Source: an uncultured Bacilli bacterium
Lineage (GTDB): Bacteria > Bacillota_I > Bacilli_A > RF39 > UBA660
Assembly: GCA_910587535.1 (NCBI GenBank)
Contig: CAJUKM010000001.1
Coordinates: 17,496-81,495, forward strand
Direction of reading: 5' to 3'
DNA length: 64,000 nt
The notes beneath the pieces were generated by a model. The model had not been told where the DNA came from, ran no database searches, and was given only the letters and a program-made list of their open reading frames with translations. The position numbers were made by a program, and so were the translations under genes. Numbering within the stretch: position 1 is the first letter of the stretch; each line of letters begins with the position of its first letter. Positions 19,429-28,156 of the stretch are shown here, piece by piece.

Positions 19429-20762
19429 TCATTTTTTCCTTTCTTTTTCGTGTACTTAAGTATTATATCATACTTTTGGTTTTTTTCATTATCAAATTTG
19501 CTCTTTCGTAAACCTGGAATCCAAACTATTTTTCCTTCTTTATCTACAACTAACGGGTAGGTATCTCGAAGAGATGATGGAATCTTTTCGTCGATAAATA
19601 TCTCTTTTATCTTTTTAGTTCCAGCCATATTTTTAATTGATATTCTATCTCCCTTTTGTCTCGTTCTAATATATAATGGTAAACTTAAGGTTTCGCTATT
19701 CAGCCTAGTCGTAAAATTCGAGTTATCACTAGACTCTTTTATAATTTCTATCGTGTCTCCATTCGGTAGTTTTGTAAGGGTCTCAAGCTCTATGATAAAA
19801 CCACTTTTTTCTTTGTCGATTTCTTTAAAATATAGTTCATCATATTCACGTATTACCTGCAAGTTTTGTGGCAGACTTAACCTAAAGTTCTTTTCTTTAT
19901 CTAGCATCTCTAATATTTTTATGGCGTAATTTTTATTAAAATTATCTATCTCATCTCGGTAAATATTTTTTAAAACGTATTCAAGTTCCTTCTTTTGTAT
20001 TACCCTATTTTCTTGAGAAAAGGCTCGCAGATCGATCTTTCCATTTTTATAATTTCTATCTAGGGCATCATCTACTAATTTACTCAATAAGTTCTCTACT
20101 TCTTCTATTTCCTCACTGAATTCTAAGAAATTTTTATTGACACGAGCGTTTTCTTTTTTTAGAAAAGGCAATATATGATGTCTATATCTATTTCTTGTAT
20201 ATTTATCCTCCATATTAGTTTTATCTAAGACAAAAGGAATTTTATTCTTTTTTAGATAATCTGCAATGTCTTCTTTAGTATAAAAAATTAGAGGTTTAAT
20301 ATATATATATCCATCTTCTTCGTAGTATTTAGAGAATCCTCTATATCCATAAAACGAAGAGCCCCGTGTGAGACGCATCAAGATGGTTTCGACTAAATCG
20401 TCACCGTGGTGAGCTGTAGATATATATCGTGTGTTATATTTTTTTGCTAATTCTTTATAAAAGTCGTATCTTTTATTTCTATAATATGATTCATTAGCTC
20501 GTTTTATCTTTTTAAGTTCAACATATTCAAAAGGAATATCGCGATCATTACAGTAGCTTTGTAAAAATTCTCTCTCGCTTTTACTTTCTTTTCTGATGTT
20601 ATGATCGACATGTGCACATATCACTTTGTATCCGTTTTTAGTGAGTATATATAGAAGGCACATAGAATCTGGTCCACCAGAACAGCCGACTATGATATAG
20701 TCGTTTGAAATATTTAAAGTCGAAATGTAATCTATACTTTCTTTCATACTCTTCCTCTTCAA
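19425..20762 (-). CDS. tilS: tRNA(Ile)-lysidine synthetase
   Basis: SGGPDS PP-loop; overlaps ftsH by 4 nt. There is no hpt between tilS and ftsH. Confidence 0.9.
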   Translation of the reverse strand: MKRKSMKESIDYISTLNISNDYIIVGCSGGPDSMCLLYILTKNGYKVICAHVDHNIRKESKSEREFLQSYCNDRDIPFEYVELKKIKRANESYYRNKRYDFYKELAKKYNTRYISTAHHGDDLVETILMRLTRGSSFYGYRGFSKYYEEDGYIYIKPLIFYTKEDIADYLKKNKIPFVLDKTNMEDKYTRNRYRHHILPFLKKENARVNKNFLEFSEEIEEVENLLSKLVDDALDRNYKNGKIDLRAFSQENRVIQKKELEYVLKNIYRDEIDNFNKNYAIKILEMLDKEKNFRLSLPQNLQVIREYDELYFKEIDKEKSGFIIELETLTKLPNGDTIEIIKESSDNSNFTTRLNSETLSLPLYIRTRQKGDRISIKNMAGTKKIKEIFIDEKIPSSLRDTYPLVVDKEGKIVWIPGLRKSKFDNEKNQKYDIILKYTKKKGKNE

Positions 20763-20834
20763 AGTGTATTCTACTTGATAGAATTATTTTTTTCAACTAA
20801 TATAAAAAAAGAACTAGTTTATAGTCCTTTAAAG

Positions 20835-23468
20835 TTACTTTTTAAATACGTATTTTTTCTTGTCTTTTTCTTCAGACAATGTTCTTGCGACCGAATATTT
20901 TACTTGCTCTATTTCTTTTAAGATATAAATCATTATGCGAGTTTCTTCGTCTAAGTTTTGCCAGTTATTCGGTGTCGGCAAACCGGAGTTTTCTGGAATT
21001 GCACTTAGAGGGTCCTTTTCTTCTAGTGCATTCAACCATTTATTTAGGATGCCTGTAATTACTTGGGCAATTTCAGCGTTTCTTTGATCATGCATGTTAT
21101 TATCTGTTATAATACCACTTATCTCTTTTATACTGACCGCTATAGGATTTAATTCATTATCTTCACTTTCTTCTCCTTTATATATAAGAAGACCATTTTT
21201 AATAAAGTGAACTAATTTTTCTCTTCTAATCTGTCTGAAATCTAACTTGGACATATCGTCTAAGATTTTCATGAGTTTTTTTCTAATCATGAGCTCTTGA
21301 TCTAAGGGTGAAAAATTCGCCGTTAAGTAATCGATACTGTTACTAAGTGCGTCAATTCGAGCTAAAAATCTTTTTTTATTTTTGATGTCGAGAAGAAAAC
21401 TTATTTCATCTTTTATCATGCTTATAAGAACGGATAGCTGACTTAATCTTTTTCCTTCTAAATCTAAAATCAATTCTTCAGTACGTACTGCTCTTATAAA
21501 TAACTCTTCCATTTTTCTTTCAAATTCATTTAAGTAATCTTTCTCTAAAATCTTTCCAGTTTGAGAAAGATCTATTACATTTTCGGATAGCCCTTTTTTA
21601 GCTTCTTGTAATGCATCTATTACGTCATTTTGGAAAAATTTCTTAGTATATTTTTCTGCGATAAAACAGATATACCGAATTTTATCTTCTAAAGTCTCTG
21701 TAGATAAAGGTCGTTCTGAATGATATATGTCTATATTTGGAAGATCAATAAGTTTTTTCATGTCGCTGTTATAATTAATTTTTGTCAAAATAGTTTCAAG
21801 GTTTGCTAGGAGTGCTGCTCTAATTGCCTTAGGATTATCTAAAGCTAGAGACAATTCAATTTCTGGATTCAAGTATCCTAAAAGTGAAACGTTTTTTGTA
21901 TTTAGACTTTTGTTATATTCATCAATCATCGCTGTAACCATATCCCTTATTATTTCAGCTTCCTGAATTGATAGTGCGTTTAAACTTCTATTTATTCTTG
22001 CAATTAATATGTTTATATCTTTGTCATCTATTGATGCAATATCTTTGCCATTTACTGAGATTATTTTTTTATCTTCTTCTGATATACATTCTACTTTTAT
22101 TTTTTTCCTTTCCCATTTTTTTGACGCAAATTCCATTTGCAACCTTTTGCGCCAGCTGATGTCTGCTCCAATAAAAGTTATTTTTCTGAGCCAATAATTT
22201 CTGTGTTCGACAACAAGCTCATATAATTTCATATACTGATTAGTATCGTTTATGATTATTATTTCATATGCCTCAGCCAATAATTCTATTAAGCCTCTTT
22301 TCTCTGAAACGTTGTCAATTATGCTGTCACTTAAAATTAATCTTCCAATAGAGTTGCCTATATCGCCAATGCTAGTTAAAGACTTAGGTATCGATAATTC
22401 TTTCAAACTACACCAATAGATAGCATCATCACCCATTGTTTTTAGGGAGTTTGGTAAATCTAGAACTTTGATTTGATTGTAAGAAAGAGCATCATTTCCT
22501 ATAATTTGTAACGTATTGGGCAGTACAATCTCGCCTATATATTTTTCTTTTAGAGCATATGGAGCTATTTCGATGACTCCATCAGGGATAACTACTACTT
22601 TTTCATGTGTATATTGAATATCGTAATGATATGGAAGATCTTTTACGGGAGTTCTATATTCTTGACCAAAATTTCGTCGACTTCCATATAATACACCTTT
22701 ATAAATTATCCAAGTTTCATCGTTGATTGTTAAAGGATCATCTGATTTTTCATCTTCTTGTTCTTTTCCATTTATTAAAGTTATATCTGGAAATAAGTTC
22801 TTGACTCTATCGAATTCTTCATCAGAGAGTGGAGTTCCTGTTATACGAATTTTCTTTAATAGTGGCAAGCCTAACGTCGAGATATATTCCAAATTTTCGA
22901 TTCCATTTTTTCCGTTACGTCTTAAAGTTAGTTCTGTGATTTCAGTACCATACTTGTTTCTAAAATATTCCACGTGAGAATTTTCATCACTGATACTCAA
23001 CTTAGAAATTGAACACTCTGCAAAAGCATTTTCTCCTATAAAGGCAACACTATCTGGAATCGATAGTTCTTTTAATTCTGGACAACCATAAAAAGCATTA
23101 TTCTCTATTCTTTTTAAACCTTCGGCGAAGATTACTTCTTTAATACGTTCTTGATTTCTAAATACACCTTCATCTATTATTTCTACAGATGGTGGAAATA
23201 TTATTGTCATTTTTGTTGATTCAGAGTTTAACGGACTTATAGATACATATAAATCTGAAATCCTTCTGATTTCATTTGGTATAATAATTATTTGCATTTC
23301 ATTTCTTTTTATGATTTCTACATTATAGACTTCTATATCTACACCGGATATATTTTCATCTGGATCAGGTGTCGGATAGCCATGAATATTAAAAAAATCT
23401 CTTGTCACACTTTGACATTCATTTGGTTCTATAATCTCATCATTTTCATCGTCAGTTTCTACAAACAT
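20835..23468 (-). CDS. cytoplasmic leucine-rich-repeat (BspA/LRR_5-type) domain protein, 877 aa, with acidic N-terminus and long alpha-helical C-terminal region
   Basis: Repeated IP.SV..IG..AF..C motifs and no signal peptide. It has its own consensus promoter and RBS (GGGGAG). Confidence 0.7.
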   Translation of the reverse strand: MFVETDDENDEIIEPNECQSVTRDFFNIHGYPTPDPDENISGVDIEVYNVEIIKRNEMQIIIIPNEIRRISDLYVSISPLNSESTKMTIIFPPSVEIIDEGVFRNQERIKEVIFAEGLKRIENNAFYGCPELKELSIPDSVAFIGENAFAECSISKLSISDENSHVEYFRNKYGTEITELTLRRNGKNGIENLEYISTLGLPLLKKIRITGTPLSDEEFDRVKNLFPDITLINGKEQEDEKSDDPLTINDETWIIYKGVLYGSRRNFGQEYRTPVKDLPYHYDIQYTHEKVVVIPDGVIEIAPYALKEKYIGEIVLPNTLQIIGNDALSYNQIKVLDLPNSLKTMGDDAIYWCSLKELSIPKSLTSIGDIGNSIGRLILSDSIIDNVSEKRGLIELLAEAYEIIIINDTNQYMKLYELVVEHRNYWLRKITFIGADISWRKRLQMEFASKKWERKKIKVECISEEDKKIISVNGKDIASIDDKDINILIARINRSLNALSIQEAEIIRDMVTAMIDEYNKSLNTKNVSLLGYLNPEIELSLALDNPKAIRAALLANLETILTKINYNSDMKKLIDLPNIDIYHSERPLSTETLEDKIRYICFIAEKYTKKFFQNDVIDALQEAKKGLSENVIDLSQTGKILEKDYLNEFERKMEELFIRAVRTEELILDLEGKRLSQLSVLISMIKDEISFLLDIKNKKRFLARIDALSNSIDYLTANFSPLDQELMIRKKLMKILDDMSKLDFRQIRREKLVHFIKNGLLIYKGEESEDNELNPIAVSIKEISGIITDNNMHDQRNAEIAQVITGILNKWLNALEEKDPLSAIPENSGLPTPNNWQNLDEETRIMIYILKEIEQVKYSVARTLSEEKDKKKYVFKK

Positions 23469-23495
23469 ATTTAGTACTCCCCTTTTTTGAGGGTT

Positions 23496-23523
23496 ATTAT
23501 ACTACGTTTGAGAATTTTGTCAA
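23496..23523 (-). promoter_or_regulatory. sigma-A promoter TTGACA-16-TATAAT for LRR gene
   Basis: -35 revcomp at 23518-23523 and -10 revcomp at 23496-23501. Confidence 0.6.
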
Positions 23524-23541
23524 TATTTTATAAGCTGGCAT

Positions 23542-23576
23542 ACAAAAAGTTCGCATTTTGCGAACTTATTTTATCT
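23542..23576. terminator. bidirectional intrinsic terminator (perfect 9-bp stem AAGTTCGCA/TGCGAACTT)
   Basis: Located between the Abi-like gene and the LRR gene promoter, with a T tract on both sides. Confidence 0.7.
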
Positions 23577-23622
23577 ATCTTAATGTATTTGTATTGAGTT
23601 ACTTTAAAAGGTATTTTTTATT

Positions 23623-24801
23623 TTATAAATAAGCAAATATATAGACTTCTTTAAATAGGTTACTCCATAGATTCGAGTTTTTTCCTAATATTTCAGGGTT
23701 TTCTGTTTTTTCATCTAATATTATTGTCGATAGTTTACCCGCTAAAACATCCCATGTTTCAAACGGATCTTTAATCCACTCATACGTCCCATCATCGTTT
23801 ACTTTAATTAGAGCTCGGAAAGACGCGAGTAACGGATAGATTATGCCTTTTGGGACGATATATTTTATATCACTCAAAGTAAACTCAGTTTTTCCAACTA
23901 TATTATCTCCATCATATTTTGCATATTTTCTAGTTCCGTATCTCTTACCATTACTATTCGAAACAGCTGCAAAATCTTTCTCTATTTTATCGTACATCGC
24001 AAAAATGTCTTTTATCAACGGTTTCATGTTATATATCATCTGATTTCTTTCTTCAACAGACATGTTTAAAAACTTTCTTAATGTCGTCTCTTTTCCAGTA
24101 TAACATTGTACTGGTTGAACCTCAGATAGCGTCCCAAATGACGTTTTTAAAGGGTACAAATTTTGGCTGAACATGATTAATACAGATAAGACTTCTCTGA
24201 CATCGATCGGTATTATATTTGGAACATTGTAATGTTCGTTCATCTTATATGCAATTCTGTTAGAAAATTCACAGTCTGCAAATGCCTCTTTTAAAATAGC
24301 AAAATTATTTTCTAACTCTGCTATAGACTTTAAATCGACCTGAACTGATGTGTTTCTCGCTGCAGCTAATTCTACTGGAGATTCTAATCCAGTAAAGAGT
24401 TCAACAAAAACGTATCTTTCATCTTGTAAAACATTGCTAGCTTGTGCATCTAATATCGCTCTTAGTGTATGCCCTCCATCAATATTACCGTGGATTTCAG
24501 GATCTTCCATTTCTATAGTTAAAATCCCATTTGAATTGTCGAAAGAAACTTCCTTAACTGATAGTACAATCCCCCTGTTCAGTTCATGAAAGTTGCTATT
24601 TTCTTTCAGACTATCTTTTATTTTGCTTGCTACATTTGTCGTCATTTTTTGTTCTCTCGGATTTGTAGCCATCCAATCGTCAAATTCTAGTGGGATACTG
24701 TTTGCTTGTACGTAGCAAACATATTTAGTCTTCCCATCTTTCCCCAATACGGGATCTTCCATCTTTTTAAAAGATTTGGCTTTTAATTCGAATTTTTCCA
24801 T
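23623..24801 (-). CDS. hypothetical protein, possible abortive-infection (AIPR-like) / DGQHR-ParB-nuclease-like defense protein
   Basis: 392 aa. The motif NIDGGHTLRAILDA resembles the (I/L)DGQHR core of DndB/DGQHR and AIPR-type proteins. It has its own RBS (AAAGGAGGAAG) and terminator and sits in a variable island. The family assignment is tentative. Confidence 0.35.
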   Translation of the reverse strand: MEKFELKAKSFKKMEDPVLGKDGKTKYVCYVQANSIPLEFDDWMATNPREQKMTTNVASKIKDSLKENSNFHELNRGIVLSVKEVSFDNSNGILTIEMEDPEIHGNIDGGHTLRAILDAQASNVLQDERYVFVELFTGLESPVELAAARNTSVQVDLKSIAELENNFAILKEAFADCEFSNRIAYKMNEHYNVPNIIPIDVREVLSVLIMFSQNLYPLKTSFGTLSEVQPVQCYTGKETTLRKFLNMSVEERNQMIYNMKPLIKDIFAMYDKIEKDFAAVSNSNGKRYGTRKYAKYDGDNIVGKTEFTLSDIKYIVPKGIIYPLLASFRALIKVNDDGTYEWIKDPFETWDVLAGKLSTIILDEKTENPEILGKNSNLWSNLFKEVYIFAYL

Positions 24802-25128
24802 TCATTCTTCCTCCTTTTAATAAAAAAATTCTGAAACCAGAAGGATACAGAATGTTAAAAACTAAAACATAAATCTCATATTATTCTTTAAGTCTTTTAG
24901 TTCCACATCTTAATCGATACTGGATAGTTAAATAGGATACATTACCTACAACTATAAGCGTATTTTATCATCATGATTGCTCTATGTCAATAGTACGAGG
25001 TTTTTTATATCGTCTTTTTAAAACATGTATTTTAAAATATGAAGTGCACAGAAGATGAGCACTAAGATTTGTAAATGATATAATATCTACCAAGCAATTT
25101 ATTTGTCATAAAAAGGGAGGTATTATAA

Positions 25129-25200
25129 ATGGCAAATTATTGTCATCTATCATATGAGGATAGAAAAAATAAAAAAGATATTTATAACTCCCAATTATAA
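25129..25200 (+). CDS. small ORF (23 aa, MANYCHLSYEDRKNKKDIYNSQL) with near-ideal RBS
   Basis: AAAGGGAGG lies 7-8 nt upstream of the ATG. It sits in a 730-bp noncoding stretch. The promoter is unclear; there is a TGATATTAAT-like element at 25075-25086. Confidence 0.25.
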   Translation: MANYCHLSYEDRKNKKDIYNSQL

Positions 25201-25483
25201 ATATCAGTTTTGACAAATAAATTGCCTATTCAATTATAAAATATTCAATGTAGCGATTGTGCACTTAGTTTTAAAGTATGTACGATTTCTACACTTTTTG
25301 TCGTGGAACAGGTTTCCTTTGACACCTAATAATATACCATAGTTTTCATTTTTTTCAATTTTTTCTTAATCTATTCACTACTTTTTCCTTATAAAAAGTG
25401 CATTTCCTTTTAAAAATACACTTTTTTTATCCAACTGCACTTATTTGTGCAATTTAGATTGATTCAACGTCTTTTTAAAACAC

Positions 25484-25518
25484 AAAAAAACTTATAAACG
25501 GTAAGTCTATAAGTTTTG
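25484..25518. terminator. intrinsic terminator downstream of rpsI
   Basis: A7-AACTTATA-aacggtaagtc-TATAAGTT-TTG. Confidence 0.55.
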
Positions 25519-25533
25519 TGATAAAAGTCTTTA

Positions 25534-25950
25534 TTATCTCTTTGAGAATTGTGGAGCTCTACGAGCTTTTTTAAGACCTGGTTTCTTACGTTCTTTAATT
25601 CTAGAATCTCTAGTAGTAAATCCTTCGGTCTTAAGTATTTTACGATAAGAATCTTCTCTAGTTTGGTCAGTTTCTGAATCGTATTTTAATAAGCATCTAG
25701 TAATACCCAATCTGATAGCTCCAGTTTGTCCTGAGAAACCTCCGCCTTTTACGGTAATTTCGATATCAAATGTATTTTCGTTATTTGTAAGTACTAGAGG
25801 TTGTTTTAAATCCATAACTAGAGTAGCAAATGGCATATACTCGTTTACGTCTTTACCGTTTACAACTATTTTACCAGAGCCAGAAGTCATTCTAACTTGT
25901 GCTATAGATCTCTTTCTACGACCTGTTGCTGTTATAACTTTCTTTTCCAT
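25534..25950 (-). CDS. rpsI: 30S ribosomal protein S9
   Basis: The C-terminus ends in RRAPQFSKR, as in S9. Confidence 0.95.
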   Translation of the reverse strand: MEKKVITATGRRKRSIAQVRMTSGSGKIVVNGKDVNEYMPFATLVMDLKQPLVLTNNENTFDIEITVKGGGFSGQTGAIRLGITRCLLKYDSETDQTREDSYRKILKTEGFTTRDSRIKERKKPGLKKARRAPQFSKR

Positions 25951-25961
25951 GTATTTCCCTC

Positions 25962-26393
25962 CTAACGTACTTCAATCTTTTCAGGTTTTTGAGCAATCTG
26001 TTCATGTTCGCTTCCTGCGTATACAAAAAGCTTTTTGCCCATTTGGCGTCCCAATCTTCCATGAGGGAGCATACCTTTGACAGCTCTTTCTACCATTTCT
26101 TCTGGGTATTTTTCTACCATCTCTTTTGCAGTTCTTTCCCTTAATCCTCCTGGGAATCCGCTGTGATTGTAATAAATTTTATCATCTAATTTTTTTCCAG
26201 TTAGTTTGATTTTAGAGGCATTTATAACTATTACGTAGTCTCCAGTATCGACATGTGGAGTGTAAGTTACTTTGTGTTTACCTCTCAAAATAGTTGCTGC
26301 TTTTGTGGCAAGACGTCCTAAAGTCTCTCCTTCAGCATCGATAAGATACCATTTGCGTTCGATGGTCTCTTTTTTTTGCATAAATGTTTCCAT
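25962..26393 (-). CDS. rplM: 50S ribosomal protein L13
   Basis: [20 protein letters not shown] with an ATG at 26393 and RBS AAAGGA. The ORF call extends to 26411. Confidence 0.92.
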   Translation of the reverse strand: METFMQKKETIERKWYLIDAEGETLGRLATKAATILRGKHKVTYTPHVDTGDYVIVINASKIKLTGKKLDDKIYYNHSGFPGGLRERTAKEMVEKYPEEMVERAVKGMLPHGRLGRQMGKKLFVYAGSEHEQIAQKPEKIEVR

Positions 26394-26477
26394 AATCTTT
26401 AATCCTTTCATCGACTAGAATCTGATTAAACTTCCCACATTTAAAAAGTTCTCGTCAAATAAAATGTACCGCTTAAA

Positions 26478-26506
26478 ATTATAAGTAAATTAAGGGGAAA
26501 AGTCAA
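26478..26506 (-). promoter_or_regulatory. consensus sigma-A promoter (TTGACT-17-TATAAT) for rplM-rpsI plus ~75-nt leader (possible L13 leader)
   Basis: -35 revcomp at 26501-26506 and -10 revcomp at 26478-26483. Confidence 0.65.
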
Positions 26507-26521
26507 CAGTTAATTGGCTTT

Positions 26522-28132
26522 TTAAGAGTTTATTTTATTTTGTATAGGTTTTAGTGCTCTTCCCTTTTCTACTCCATCTAATTTCCAACGATAATCTTTA
26601 AATGTTTCTACTTTATCTTTAAAGTCTTTTATGCTATCAAAATTTATATCTGCCTCTCGCATTATATCATTTAGTAGTGGGAATCGATTTTGCAGTTTAA
26701 ATAGGTCTACTGCATCACTACCCGAGGCACTAATAGAAGAGGCGATATCTTTTAAATCCTGTTCTTTTATACTGTAAGCTTCGGATAAGAAGCGATAAAA
26801 TACTCGATCGATTGCATCGACTCCAGATAAAAATGATTCATCATACCAAAAGACGTTTCCGAAACCTTCAAGAGGCGTCAATATCAGACTTCCTGCCTCT
26901 GTAACAGTCATGGATTTAGCTATATTATATAAATATAGACCTTCTTCAACAGTATAAGTTTTGTCTTCATTTATTCTAGTAATTATATCTCCAACTGCCG
27001 TTTTAAAGATACTCAAATAACAGGCATTTCCTATAAATTGGTTGATTTCAGATCTCAACATAGGGATGTATCCCAATTCATCATATACTTTTTTTAGAGC
27101 TTCGTCACTAGATGCTCTTACGTCTAGGGCATATGCTGTTTTATAGAATTCTATTATATCGTTTTCATCTTTTAGTCCGAAAAAGGCATGTAGTTTTTGT
27201 AGATCGGCACTGAAAATACTATTATAGTAGTTATCTAGGTTTCTATCTTCTTTAAAAGCGGCCTTTAATAAAAGCATTCTTTGACTTTCCTTTTTGTCTG
27301 TTGACCACGAATAAAAGTCCGGGATATTTATCTGATTGCCTGCGAGATAATCTTCTACTTGGGTAATACTTGAAATATCTAGAATGTTGGAAAGAGCAAC
27401 GTCTATTTGAACACTAGTTAGTTGTTGCCCTTTTTCTTTTTGACAACTGCATGCTTCCGTTCTAATCTTATTAAACTGAGACGCGATGAGTGCAGCCAAA
27501 TAATCGGATTCTTCACTCCATTCCCTATTGCCATTTTTTAGAGTCTTTGATAGGAATTCTCTTACACATTGAGTGTAATCTATGATAAGAGTAGAAGTAT
27601 TTCTATCGAAGACAATAGCAGAAAAATTACCTGTCGATCCCAAAGCAATTTTGATGTCTTTCAATACACAAATATCATCTTTAGGATTTTCATTTTTTTC
27701 AAATACTATATCTAAAGCTTTCTTTAAAGCTTCTCTAAAAAGTCTGTCTTCGAGATTTTTTTCGCCCGTTATTTTATCAGACGCATGATAGAAGGGACTA
27801 TTTTGTGAATTACCTAAAATGCTATTTTCAATTATGATATCCGATAGACTTCTGTAATCTGTGATTTCGCCATCACATTCTAATAAAGTCAAGTCTGTTT
27901 CCAGTATTTTTCGAAGTTCTTCTTCGTTCAGATAAGTGTTAGCGTTTCTAAAGTCTACCTCTATTTTTTTTAATTCTTCGAGATATAAACTACAGTTATC
28001 GAATCTAGGATTTATCTTTTCAGTTGTTTCAGTTTCTTTAGTGAAATCTTTTTCTTTTGTCTTTGGAGGCATTACTATCAAAGACAAAAGAATAATCATA
28101 AATGATATGCCAGTTTTAATCGATCTTCTCAT
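26522..28132 (-). CDS. secreted/membrane-anchored hypothetical protein (536 aa), paralog B of tandem pair
   Basis: N-terminal signal anchor. It is collinear with 28157..29740 and shares DDICVLKDIKI/EDICRLKDLRI, ACSCQKEKGQ/QCSCRIEKGQ and LLLKAAFKEDR/LMLLQAAFKKDR blocks with it. Confidence 0.7.
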   Translation of the reverse strand: MRRSIKTGISFMIILLSLIVMPPKTKEKDFTKETETTEKINPRFDNCSLYLEELKKIEVDFRNANTYLNEEELRKILETDLTLLECDGEITDYRSLSDIIIENSILGNSQNSPFYHASDKITGEKNLEDRLFREALKKALDIVFEKNENPKDDICVLKDIKIALGSTGNFSAIVFDRNTSTLIIDYTQCVREFLSKTLKNGNREWSEESDYLAALIASQFNKIRTEACSCQKEKGQQLTSVQIDVALSNILDISSITQVEDYLAGNQINIPDFYSWSTDKKESQRMLLLKAAFKEDRNLDNYYNSIFSADLQKLHAFFGLKDENDIIEFYKTAYALDVRASSDEALKKVYDELGYIPMLRSEINQFIGNACYLSIFKTAVGDIITRINEDKTYTVEEGLYLYNIAKSMTVTEAGSLILTPLEGFGNVFWYDESFLSGVDAIDRVFYRFLSEAYSIKEQDLKDIASSISASGSDAVDLFKLQNRFPLLNDIMREADINFDSIKDFKDKVETFKDYRWKLDGVEKGRALKPIQNKINS

Positions 28133-28156
28133 TTTTCCCCTTCCTTCTTAGTTTTT

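Noticed and set aside
22965-22980. parS-like sequence ATATTCCACGTGAGAA inside the LRR gene.
   Set aside because: It matches only the central CCACGTGA core and both arms deviate from the palindrome. It is probably a chance E-box-like hexamer.
25040-25090. Strong extended -10 promoter (TGaTATAAT) upstream of the 23-aa ORF.
   Set aside because: Rereading the sequence gives TGATATTAATAT, not TGATATAAT. It has only weak -10 resemblance, so promoter support for the mini-ORF is poor.
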